The notes: generated by a model not told the origin, from the sequence alone. 32,000 nt of DNA from Staphylothermus marinus F1 (GCF_000015945.1 NC_009033.1:990001-1022000), one strand, 5' to 3'. Positions 1 to 8,634 are shown, counted from the stretch's first letter. A program made the numbers and translations.

Positions 1-2
1 GA

Positions 3-1904
3 TACTCGTTTATTAATGGTTCAATATACTTTACAGACATAAATAACTATGATTATATAATCGAGCTTCTAGCACAAAATAAAACATATAGAGTTTTAAG
101 GCTTGACAGGATCAATAATTCGCTCTATGGACCACTAGTAATACCATCTAATTACACCTACATAGCTCTAATAGGAGTAAACAATGGTGTGACTAGGTTA
201 TTGGATGTTCTTTTCAAGGCTAAACCTGTTAAAGAATTAAACTTTAGTGTAGAAAAAATTATGCCTCCAACAATTACTATATCGCCCAATGGATCAGTCA
301 GCTACATAGAAGCTATGAAGGGGCCTTACACATATTATGAATTAGAACCAATTATATTAAAGAGAACAATAACAATGTTGAAGGGGAAGACATATAATAT
401 AACATATGATTACATCATGGTAAATAATAATGTTTCAGATTCAATTGTTATGGATAGTAGATTTGTCGATCCTGATCTATTAGATCAAGTTTTAAATAAT
501 GCTATAAATACTTATGGAAACATTACACAAGATAGATATTATACTCTAAGAATATACCTTAACAAATACTATGTTTATTCTTCTCTTAATAATTGGATTT
601 TCGATTATTCTTATCAGCCTGAAATAGTAATTAATAAACAAGATAAAATAGCAGATATATCTATAGATGAACCCTATAGCTTAGTTAATGTTTCTCTTAA
701 TCACGTAATTAAATATATACAAATAAATGATTTAGCCGGTAACCGATATAATGGAAAACTCACTGTAGACTATTATATTGTATTCAGTAATTCTACTTGG
801 CAAGAAAAATATTTTATTAAGAGATATTCGGGCTATACTACTGTGCAGAATCAACAAATTAGCTTAAATCATAAAGTATATTTAAATTATACAGGAACTT
901 ATTCTATATACATATTAGTAAAATATACTATAAGGCTATCTTCCGTATTTACCTACCCGGTTTATGTAACAATATCTTATTCACTAGAGGGTAACCATGG
1001 GAATAATATAGCTATAATTACTTATCTGGTAGACAAATTATTTATTAAAACAGATAATCGTAGATACTTAATTCTCCCATTTGATAATAATACAATGACA
1101 AGATTAAGCATTAATACATGGTTGGGTTCAGACTATTATAAATTATCTATAAACGGATCAGCATCGATGAATACACATATATTGAACATATCGTACTTGT
1201 CGCGTTTCACCACTTATGTATTAACAATAATAAGAGCACATCCTTCCATCATGATAGATAGTTTACCAGGTATAATTGTTTCTCCAATGGAAAGCACAAT
1301 CTATTATACAATAAATAACACAAAAACTAATACAATAACTGGAATATATACTAATAAATCATCGATCAAAGTTCAAGCCATATATTTACCAGTCATCAAG
1401 ATAGGAGATACTTTATTATCAAATATAACAAGTGTTGTCTACGTATACTTGAATAGTACTAATACAGTTATATACGCTAATAATACAATAATAGAATTGA
1501 ACTCGACTAGTGACTACTTCTTTTATGGTTTTATCGTAGTAGATAAGATATCTTATGAAAAACCATTGATTCTCATAGATTTTAGACAATTAAATTCTTT
1601 GTTAAAAACAATATTAGTAAATATATCGTTCATAGATAATACAACTGTACAGTTCAATACAAGTGATCCATATGATGCATTCATAATTAGTAATAAACCG
1701 TTAAAACAAATTACTGTATATATGTTCTTCTACAACAAAAATATTACAGCTATTTATTCTGTTGTAAAACATGGTTTCATAGGATTAATTGATGAAAACA
1801 ATATTGTCCATAAAGTATTATATGCTAGCAGATTACATCTCGTCAATAATCATTATTTCCTCGTAAAAGCTGAGAATTATGGAGTTGTTGTAGAATATAA
1901 ATAA
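3..1904 (+). CDS. C-terminal part of a large secreted Asn/Tyr/Ile-rich, probably heavily N-glycosylated protein (5' end lies left of the window)
   Basis: The reading frame starting at nt 3 is open from the window edge with no stop. The GTG at 189 used by the ORF track is therefore not the true start. Upstream residues (..YSFINGSIYFTDINNYDY..) have the same composition. I count 21 N-X-S/T sequons in the 571 listed residues. There is no TM segment and no catalytic motif. Double stop TAATAA at 1902-1907. Confidence 0.6.
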   Translation, partial: YSFINGSIYFTDINNYDYIIELLAQNKTYRVLRLDRINNSLYGPLVIPSNYTYIALIGVNNGVTRLLDVLFKAKPVKELNFSVEKIMPPTITISPNGSVSYIEAMKGPYTYYELEPIILKRTITMLKGKTYNITYDYIMVNNNVSDSIVMDSRFVDPDLLDQVLNNAINTYGNITQDRYYTLRIYLNKYYVYSSLNNWIFDYSYQPEIVINKQDKIADISIDEPYSLVNVSLNHVIKYIQINDLAGNRYNGKLTVDYYIVFSNSTWQEKYFIKRYSGYTTVQNQQISLNHKVYLNYTGTYSIYILVKYTIRLSSVFTYPVYVTISYSLEGNHGNNIAIITYLVDKLFIKTDNRRYLILPFDNNTMTRLSINTWLGSDYYKLSINGSASMNTHILNISYLSRFTTYVLTIIRAHPSIMIDSLPGIIVSPMESTIYYTINNTKTNTITGIYTNKSSIKVQAIYLPVIKIGDTLLSNITSVVYVYLNSTNTVIYANNTIIELNSTSDYFFYGFIVVDKISYEKPLILIDFRQLNSLLKTILVNISFIDNTTVQFNTSDPYDAFIISNKPLKQITVYMFFYNKNITAIYSVVKHGFIGLIDENNIVHKVLYASRLHLVNNHYFLVKAENYGVVVEYK

Positions 1905-1908
1905 TAAA

Positions 1909-1936
1909 CAATACTTTCACAATACTCACCAATACT
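1909..1936. repeat. Three direct CAATACT repeats phased at 11 and 10 bp
   Basis: CAATACT occurs at 1909-1915, 1920-1926 and 1930-1936. These lie between the stop of the glycoprotein gene and the RBS of the next gene. Confidence 0.7.
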
Positions 1937-1950
1937 TAAACGGGTTCTTC

Positions 1951-1961
1951 ACATTAAAGGG
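1951..1961 (+). promoter_or_regulatory. Translation-initiation context ACATTAAAGGG (copy 1), containing the SD-like GGGTGA
   Basis: Exact 11-mer lying 20 nt upstream of the TTG start at 1971. The same 11-mer recurs at 2261-2271. Confidence 0.5.
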
Positions 1962-1970
1962 TGAAGTATT

Positions 1971-2237
1971 TTGACAGACATTATAGGATTTATCCAAGAC
2001 ATAATAGTGAACATAACTATTGTTGCTTGGATAGTTTTCTTCCTAACATGGGTTATAGGTTGGGCTATAAAAGGAGCCCCCATCCCATTTATGAGGGTTA
2101 AGAAGACAGGGGAGAGACTAATAGAGGACGCAGTATGGGCAGCTTTCTGGCTGGCTATGGGAACAACGGTATTTGCATTAATAGCCTATATTGCGAATAC
2201 ATTTTATCAACCCTTACCAGAGCCGCCGACTATTTAG
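1971..2237 (+). CDS. Small two-TM helical-hairpin membrane protein, VirB2/CedA1-like pilin candidate
   Basis: 88 aa with a TTG start preceded by GGGTGA. Two long hydrophobic helices (IVNITIVAWIVFFLTWVIGWAI and AVWAAFWLAMGTTVFALIAYIA) are joined by a basic loop (RVKKTGER). It is first in the order small-TM / polytopic / small-TM / VirB4-like ATPase. Confidence 0.5.
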   Translation: MTDIIGFIQDIIVNITIVAWIVFFLTWVIGWAIKGAPIPFMRVKKTGERLIEDAVWAAFWLAMGTTVFALIAYIANTFYQPLPEPPTI

Positions 2238-2260
2238 CTAAATAGAGAACTTAATGTAGA

Positions 2261-2271
2261 ACATTAAAGGG
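2261..2271 (+). promoter_or_regulatory. Translation-initiation context ACATTAAAGGG (copy 2)
   Basis: Exact repeat of 1951-1961, lying 19 nt upstream of the ATG at 2280. Confidence 0.5.
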
Positions 2272-2279
2272 GTTATTTC

Positions 2280-3656
2280 ATGGAACTACTAGTGATAGCG
2301 TTTTACTTATCTGTCCTATCCTATTACATAGGAGTTCTCATATACATGTTACCTCTACCATTTTATGGCTTAAAGAAATGGGCTCCGCAACTAATGGTTG
2401 ATGGTGTATTCTCAGCTATTCTAGTATTCTCATATACTTTCATTTTATGGCTAATAGATTACCTTGGAGAAGCTCTGGGGTCGGATTGGAACAGCTATTA
2501 TTCATGGTTTATAAACGAGATAAACATTATAGCTACAACTATTCTCATGCTGAAACTTATAGGTATCGGGCTATCCAGTATTGGTTTAGGATTTATTGCT
2601 AACTCTATGATTTCACCTCTTGTCTCAAGTTTAACTTATCTATTAATGTTTCTAGTTACGACATCAATACTAATAACCGCACTAGTAACATTAGCTCCAA
2701 CAATATTATCCCTAGGAATACTATTACATTCAGTTCCTTTTAGAATAACTAGGAGCAGTGGAGCTATGCTTATCTCGTTAGTAATAGTATTCAGTATAGG
2801 AACACCGTTAATGCCTAACTTTATAGATACAATTTCTCCACCAACTATTCTAGGAGTTAGTAGTGAAGGATTTGTTTTTGCAGAAATACATGTTTATGGA
2901 CACAACAATGTTGGTGTTTCTTATTGTTTATATGAAATATATAGTTTAGACGATAAGCTCCTAGCTAGGTATAGATCTGATCCTGACGGATTAATTAATG
3001 CATCAACTGTTGAAACAGGCATACCATATAGTGTGCAGAAAATTAAAATAGATGTTGCAGGTTATCATTATGAAACCATAATTGATCCTAGAGAATATTC
3101 TTCAAGAGGGGGAATAGTCAATATCACGATTACAATTAATAATCTATTAGTAATTAAACCTCTGAGATACATAGTATTAATGAATTATAATAACTTCAGC
3201 CTCCTCTACATAGATGATTCACTAACAATTCTCAATATTAATGCTACAGAAAATACATCGATAATAATTATTGGTTTAGGAAGTGACAGCTTCTCTGTAT
3301 CAGTAGATAATGTTCAAATAGAGCCTATCACTACATATTCTTATGAATGGGGCGGAATAGAGTTTCAAGCTGAAAAATATAGTTTATCCAGCGGAAACCA
3401 CTCAGTAGTGATTACATACACTTTATCCGGAACAGGTGAACCATTATTCGATGAAATATATTATGGAAGAAATACTTTAGGTATAGGAATGAACGATCTA
3501 ACTAACCTGGTTTACCCAATAACGATATTAATCTATAAACTATTCTTGGGACCAGTAATTTATTTATCAATTCTATTTTCAGCATCCCTAGCACTAGCTA
3601 AACTATTAGGTGGCTCATCTTCACGAATAGCCCGTATCGTGGTGACCGGGTTATGA
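2280..3656 (+). CDS. Polytopic membrane protein with a large beta-rich extracytoplasmic insert, VirB6/CedA-like candidate
   Basis: 458 aa. About 6 hydrophobic helices fall in residues 1-185 and one or two more at the C-terminus (PITILIYKLFLGPVIYLSILFSASLALA). Residues ~190-400 are non-hydrophobic, N/I/Y/S-rich and carry sequons (NAS, NIT, NFS, NAT, NTS, NHS). Its stop overlaps the next start (ATGA at 3653-3656). Confidence 0.5.
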   Translation: MELLVIAFYLSVLSYYIGVLIYMLPLPFYGLKKWAPQLMVDGVFSAILVFSYTFILWLIDYLGEALGSDWNSYYSWFINEINIIATTILMLKLIGIGLSSIGLGFIANSMISPLVSSLTYLLMFLVTTSILITALVTLAPTILSLGILLHSVPFRITRSSGAMLISLVIVFSIGTPLMPNFIDTISPPTILGVSSEGFVFAEIHVYGHNNVGVSYCLYEIYSLDDKLLARYRSDPDGLINASTVETGIPYSVQKIKIDVAGYHYETIIDPREYSSRGGIVNITITINNLLVIKPLRYIVLMNYNNFSLLYIDDSLTILNINATENTSIIIIGLGSDSFSVSVDNVQIEPITTYSYEWGGIEFQAEKYSLSSGNHSVVITYTLSGTGEPLFDEIYYGRNTLGIGMNDLTNLVYPITILIYKLFLGPVIYLSILFSASLALAKLLGGSSSRIARIVVTGL

Positions 3657-3823
3657 GTATAGCAGAGAAAATAATTTGGATAATGATAGTTTTATTCCCA
3701 ATACTTATTGTAATGTTGCTTGGTTCCCGCATTATAGGTGTTATATTATTATTGACTGTACCAATAATCGTTCTAAGAACTATTCTATGGTGGTATAATG
3801 AAAAAAATAGCAAAAATATTTGA
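3653..3823 (+). CDS. Unlisted 56-aa two-TM membrane protein (CedA2-like position)
   Basis: Hand translation gives MSIAEKIIWIMIVLFPILIVMLLGSRIIGVILLLTVPIIVLRTILWWYNEKNSKNI*. The ATG overlaps the upstream stop (ATGA). The 3' end overlaps the ATPase start by 26 nt. It is below the ORF-track size cut-off. The 71-aa minus-strand ORF 3598-3813 is its antisense shadow. Confidence 0.55.
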   Translation: MSIAEKIIWIMIVLFPILIVMLLGSRIIGVILLLTVPIIVLRTILWWYNEKNSKNI

Positions 3824-5471
3824 AAAAATAATAGGTGGAAAAGTAGAGTACAAAATAGATCCTCCAGACCTAATAGTATTAATGCGGGGAAGAGTAAATC
3901 TTATTAGATATCTTATAGCCGAAGAAGTTGATTATGGTATTAAAGAATTAAGTCCCGATAAAATGTTAATAATGATAAATATGTTTTCCGAACTATTAGA
4001 TGTATTACCTCCTTATTCAGAAGCTAAGATCATTAAAAGAAGAATGAGTATTGAAAAGCTTCTCAGAAAGATCAGCAATGAAATGATGAACCTACGTGCA
4101 ACATTGGATATAGTAGAAGAACCACATATTAAGAGACGAGCAGAAGTTAAACTGAAAATCTTAGAAGCACTCTACGAAAATATCGTTAGAAGTAAACCGA
4201 TTACTCGTGTTAACTTAGTCATTAAAATACGTGTTACCTCGAATAATATAAGCAATGCTAAACATTTAGCGGATGTTTACTCTAGTAAGACAATAGGAAT
4301 AATGCAAAATTACTTTGGAATTAAGATGAGAATGGTTAATCGAAGAAAGGAATTAATGGATATCCTGAAAAACGAACTAGGATTGTCCATTGAGACCAAT
4401 ATTAAATCAATAATAGTAGATAGCGAAAGATTATCAACAATGATGCCTTTACCCAAAAATAAAAAGCCTACAATGGAGAAAGAGGATGGTTTACCTATAG
4501 GAATAGATATTGAGACTGGATGGCCGGTAATAATACCTTATAAGTCATTTGATAAACACATTCTAATATTAGGCCCAACAGGTCGTGGTAAAACAACTCT
4601 TCTCGCATCAATGATCGAGGGTATAACTAGTTTGTCAAATATTCTAGTTTTCGCTATTGATTTTAAAGGAGACTTAGCAAATATGGTTTATAGTGAAAAC
4701 GTAGTGCATCTAACTCCTGACGATTACCCGATCAATATTCTTGTTATACCAAGCTTTTTCCAAGTTATTGATTGGTATTTAGCTGTTAGTGATGTATTAT
4801 CTAATGTTATAGGCGTTGATAAAGAGAATTTTATTAGAGTAATGAATAAGTTTGCAAACAATCATCAAGCAATAGATGGAAAAGACATATTATTTGATAA
4901 AGATTTATCATTATTATCTCCTTTAATAGAACTTATTACAAGTAAGCCTAAATATGAAGCATTAATGAAACATCTGAATAATCACATAGTTTTCGATCTA
5001 GGAAAATATGGAACAGCTTTCCAAAATGCTTATGGTGGAATTCTTATGTACATATATAAAAAACTAGCCTTCTCAACAAAGATGATCAGTAAACCTAAAC
5101 TTTTAATTGTAGATGAAGCTTGGAGAATAAGTCGTCTAAATGGTCTCGAAGAACTTGTTAAGGAGGGCCGTAGTAAGCATTTAGGAGTCGTTCTAGCAAC
5201 TCAGAATCCTAGAGATATACCAAGAGAAATAATGGAAAATACTCATTTACTCATAATGTTTGGTTCGAGAAACGAGGATTACTTGAGAGATGCAGAGAGA
5301 TTTCTAGGATTGCCTCGAGAAATTGTTAAAAAGCTTGCTTATCTTGGTGTGGGCGAAGCACTTCTTCTAAACGCTCTAGATCCTCATCCGGTTATTCTAC
5401 GTGTTAGAACACCAACATTTATGAGAGAAAAATATAAACATATTATAAGCGATGATGAAAGGCGGGCTTAA
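3798..5471 (+). CDS. VirB4/TrbE/CedB-like (FtsK-HerA superfamily) transport ATPase
   Basis: 557 aa. Walker A is LILGPTGRGKTTLL, Walker B is KLLIVDEAWR, and a downstream VLATQNPRDIP motif is typical of VirB4/HerA-type P-loop NTPases. The ~230-aa N-terminal domain is helical and has no TM segment. Confidence 0.7.
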   Translation: MKKIAKIFEKIIGGKVEYKIDPPDLIVLMRGRVNLIRYLIAEEVDYGIKELSPDKMLIMINMFSELLDVLPPYSEAKIIKRRMSIEKLLRKISNEMMNLRATLDIVEEPHIKRRAEVKLKILEALYENIVRSKPITRVNLVIKIRVTSNNISNAKHLADVYSSKTIGIMQNYFGIKMRMVNRRKELMDILKNELGLSIETNIKSIIVDSERLSTMMPLPKNKKPTMEKEDGLPIGIDIETGWPVIIPYKSFDKHILILGPTGRGKTTLLASMIEGITSLSNILVFAIDFKGDLANMVYSENVVHLTPDDYPINILVIPSFFQVIDWYLAVSDVLSNVIGVDKENFIRVMNKFANNHQAIDGKDILFDKDLSLLSPLIELITSKPKYEALMKHLNNHIVFDLGKYGTAFQNAYGGILMYIYKKLAFSTKMISKPKLLIVDEAWRISRLNGLEELVKEGRSKHLGVVLATQNPRDIPREIMENTHLLIMFGSRNEDYLRDAERFLGLPREIVKKLAYLGVGEALLLNALDPHPVILRVRTPTFMREKYKHIISDDERRA

Positions 5472-5522
5472 TCGATACTGGGATGAGATATGCGGTCGTA
5501 TCTGAGCATGATCAAGCTCTAA

Positions 5523-5531
5523 TTTTAAATA
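5523..5531 (+). promoter_or_regulatory. Candidate archaeal TATA box (TTTTAAATA)
   Basis: Matches the TTTAWATA consensus in the 150-nt gap after the ATPase gene. A second TATA-like CTAATAATA lies at ~5566-5574, closer to the ATG at 5625. Confidence 0.35.
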
Positions 5532-5624
5532 GAAAATACTGGGAACGATTTTATCCCGAAAATCTAATAATACTGGAACAATCCAATACTCTATGAGAAC
5601 TGAATAAGTAGAGAGGTGAGAAAT

Positions 5625-5735
5625 ATGGGTGGAAGACAAAAAACAAGTTTGTTTATGACAAAGGAGAAAGTGACTGAGAGAATGGCTCGGGAAGCTAGGG
5701 AGAAAACAAAAGCTAAAGGTAAGAAGCGTAGATGA
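5625..5735 (+). CDS. Unlisted 36-aa highly basic protein
   Basis: Sequence is MGGRQKTSLFMTKEKVTERMAREAREKTKAKGKKRR*. GAGAGGTGAG lies 5 nt upstream of the ATG. The stop overlaps the next start (ATGA at 5732-5735). Confidence 0.45.
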   Translation: MGGRQKTSLFMTKEKVTERMAREAREKTKAKGKKRR

Positions 5736-6571
5736 AGACTTCTAGGAAAATTCTCGTTGCATTACCAACAAGTATTTTAAGTACCGAATCAAGCCTTCTC
5801 CTTAAAACCATTAAAACATATCAGGTCATCAGGTACTCCTCTATTTTTGGCGTATCAGAAATAGTATTCTTCCGCGACCCCTTCACAGATTTTTCTCAAC
5901 ATAGGAAATATTCTGTCTTAATAGAGAAAATATGGCGATACCTATTAACCCCTCCTTATCTGCGAAGAAAACTTATTCCTAAAGATCCGGACCTAAAATT
6001 TGTAGGATTATTGCCGCCACTGAGACTTAGTACTTTCGATGTGAGCCGTAATGGTCGTGTTGGGGAGAAGAGATTAGGTCTTATCTATAGGGAGAAAAAC
6101 AAGTTGTTGGCTGATATAGGGCTTCCTAGACCTTATAGGATAGAAGCTGGAAATTGTAAGCCAGGCGATATAGGGTATGTTGAAATAGTTGATGTTAATA
6201 CTAGGAGAGCAATATGTTTAGATGTAGAACCATATAGGGGCCCTATTCTTGCGTTTGCGGATAGTTTACAAGAAGTATTAGAAGAATATAGGAAAACGGT
6301 AGATCTCATAATCGCTACTAGCAAGTATGGGAAAATCCCAAGTCATAAAGAATTAGCAGGTGTTAAAGGGAAGACAATAATAATATTATTCGGGGGTCCG
6401 CATAGAGGATTATACGATATAGCTAAGAAGGAAGGGTTTATTCTGGAGAATAAAGTTGATAAAGTATGGAATACCATACCTGAGCAAATGGTTAAAACTA
6501 TAAGGAGCGAGGAAGCATTAATATCTACACTAGCAGTAGTTAACATGTTTATTTATGGAGAGAACTTATAA
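5732..6571 (+). CDS. SPOUT-class (DUF171/COG2106-type) putative RNA methyltransferase
   Basis: N-terminal LVALPTSILSTESSLLLKTIKTYQVIRYSSIFGVSEIVFF and C-terminal NTIPEQMVKTIRSEEALISTLAVVN resemble the DUF171 family. From memory, a member (MTH1) also sits directly upstream of rpl3 in Methanothermobacter. Confidence 0.65.
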   Translation: MKTSRKILVALPTSILSTESSLLLKTIKTYQVIRYSSIFGVSEIVFFRDPFTDFSQHRKYSVLIEKIWRYLLTPPYLRRKLIPKDPDLKFVGLLPPLRLSTFDVSRNGRVGEKRLGLIYREKNKLLADIGLPRPYRIEAGNCKPGDIGYVEIVDVNTRRAICLDVEPYRGPILAFADSLQEVLEEYRKTVDLIIATSKYGKIPSHKELAGVKGKTIIILFGGPHRGLYDIAKKEGFILENKVDKVWNTIPEQMVKTIRSEEALISTLAVVNMFIYGENL

Positions 6572-6615
6572 TACCCTATGTAATGTATGTATGCAGAGAT
6601 TAGCAGGTGAAGATA

Positions 6616-7803
6616 ATGGGGCATAGAAAATATAGTGCGCCACGACATGGCAGTTTAGGAGTTAGACCTAGGAAACGGGCTGCTAAAATAGTGCCTAGAA
6701 TAAGAAGTTGGCCTACACAGTCATGGTTTGATTTATTAGTTGAGAAACTGGGAGATGAAGCAGTAAACAAGGGGATCGCTCCTAAACCAGTACTTCTAGG
6801 ATATGTTGCTTATAAGGCTGGAATGAGTCATGCAATAATAATTGATGATAGACCCCACACATTTACTTCTGGTAAAGAAATAGCCATTCCTGTAACAGTA
6901 CTCGATGCTCCTCCAATACTGATTCTAGGGCTACGAGGATACAAGATTCACCCAATGCATGGTCTTCTATCATTCGGCGAAGTATGGAGAAGCCCTGTGG
7001 AGGCGTTAAAGGAGCTATACGAGAAAATATATAGTGATAACCCGTTCATTAATCTTGGAGCAAAAGATATTGTGAGAAAATACTTGAAAGGATTAAGAAA
7101 GGTTAATCCAGGACTAGTAAAGCCTGAGCCACATAGTGAATATGGATTTAAATTCTTAGAAAATAATTGGAAGGAAAAACTTGAACGATTAAAAGCAGCT
7201 GAACTAGCAGATATTAGAGTAATTGCATCAACAATACCGGTATTATCCGGTATAGGTAAGAAAAAACCCGAGATAATCGAGATAAAAATTGGTGGTGGAA
7301 CACTAAGCGAAAGAATAGATTACGCCGAAAAACTCCTAGGCAACTATGTAACTGTAGATCAAGTATTTAGAGAGGGACAATTCATAGATATAATAGGTGT
7401 TACGAAAGGTAAGGGGTTCCAGGGAGTAATAAAGAGATTTGGAGTCAAAGAGCTTCCACGCTGGCATAAACATAGGAAGGGTAGTAGAAAAATTGGTTCT
7501 AGAAGCCCTGGTTTCGGCACTATGAGCGAGACTCCTCAGCCAGGACAAATGGGCTTCCATAGGAGAACAGAATATAATAAGAGGATCATAAAAATAGGCA
7601 TTAATGGATGGGAAGTAACGCCTAAAGGAGGATTCTTAGGATACGGCATAGTTTATGGACCATACATAATGCTTCATGGAAGTATTATTGGGCCTAGAAA
7701 GAGATTATTAGTATTAAGACATCCTATTAGGCCTCCTTCCTGGTATCCTCTAGAAGCTCCCCAAATAATCTATTATAGTCATGAAAGCAAACAAGGAGTC
7801 TAA
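6616..7803 (+). CDS. rpl3: 50S ribosomal protein L3 (uL3)
   Basis: N-terminus is [22 protein letters not shown]. The [22 protein letters not shown] region fits uL3. The ATG at 6616 is preferred over the track GTG at 6607 because AGGTGA (6605-6610) is the SD. Confidence 0.93.
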
Positions 7804-7818
7804 ACTGGGTGAAGAATA

Positions 7819-8634
7819 ATGCCTTGGACAATACTTATCCCATTTAAGCTTGAGAGACAAGAAACATATGTATTTAGCTCTGACGGTGAAAAAGTAGAAG
7901 AGATTACTTTACCTCCAATATTTAGTTTACCTGTTAGAAAAGACTTGATCCGGAGAGCGTTTCTATCAGCATTTACATCAATGCTTCAACCAAAAGGCAG
8001 GGACCCATTAGCTGGTAAGAGAACAACTGCTAGAAGCTGGGGTGTTGGTAGAGGATTAGCGAGAGTGCCAAGGCTACCCAATAGTAGGGCAGCATTCATA
8101 TCTTTTGCTAGAGGAGGACATGCAGCTTTTCCACCCAGACCAGATGAAAGAATACATGAGAGAATTAATAAACGTGAAAAAGCATATGCAGTAGCATCAG
8201 CAATTGCAGCTACTGCTAAAGTAGACCTTGTTAGGGGTCGTGGACACGTATTCCAACAAGATAAACTACCGGTTGTGCTTCTAGATGATGTTGAGGATAA
8301 GATTAGTAAGGCTAGAGACGCTAAAGAGCTTCTAATAAAGCTTGGCTTATGGAGCGATATTGTTAGGAGTTATGAGAGAATAAGAATTCGTGCAGGCAAA
8401 GGTAAGATGCGTGGTAGAAGATATGTTGAGCCAAGAAGCATATTGTTTGTTGTAACAAGCTATGATAAACCATTCGCTAAAGCTGTTAGAAACTTTCCAG
8501 GAGTAGATGTTGCTACACCTAATAATCTAGGCATACTGCATCTAGCACCAGGAGGTGTACCTGGTAGATTAACGGTCTTTACCCGTTCAGCCATCGAAGA
8601 TATTAGTAGAAAATATGAGGTGCGCACGTTATGA
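7819..8634 (+). CDS. rpl4: 50S ribosomal protein L4 (uL4)
   Basis: Sequence (..[29 protein letters not shown]..) and operon position fit uL4. SD GGGTGA at 7807-7812. Confidence 0.92.
   Translation: MPWTILIPFKLERQETYVFSSDGEKVEEITLPPIFSLPVRKDLIRRAFLSAFTSMLQPKGRDPLAGKRTTARSWGVGRGLARVPRLPNSRAAFISFARGGHAAFPPRPDERIHERINKREKAYAVASAIAATAKVDLVRGRGHVFQQDKLPVVLLDDVEDKISKARDAKELLIKLGLWSDIVRSYERIRIRAGKGKMRGRRYVEPRSILFVVTSYDKPFAKAVRNFPGVDVATPNNLGILHLAPGGVPGRLTVFTRSAIEDISRKYEVRTL

Noticed and set aside
3598-3813. A 71-aa minus-strand ORF between the polytopic membrane gene and the ATPase gene.
   Set aside because: It overlaps a better-supported plus-strand 56-aa two-TM ORF that is coupled by ATGA to the upstream gene. 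There is no SD on the minus strand.
5483-5605. C/D-box-like words (AUGAGA, CUGA, AUGAUCA, CUGA) in the gap after the ATPase gene.
   Set aside because: The boxes are degenerate. The second guide spacer has no D box at 12 nt, and the whole span (~120 nt) is twice the archaeal sRNA size.
5397-5639. An 80-aa minus-strand ORF spanning the ATPase 3' end and the intergenic region.
   Set aside because: It overlaps the ATPase C-terminus and the SD/start of the small basic ORF. It has no supporting signals.
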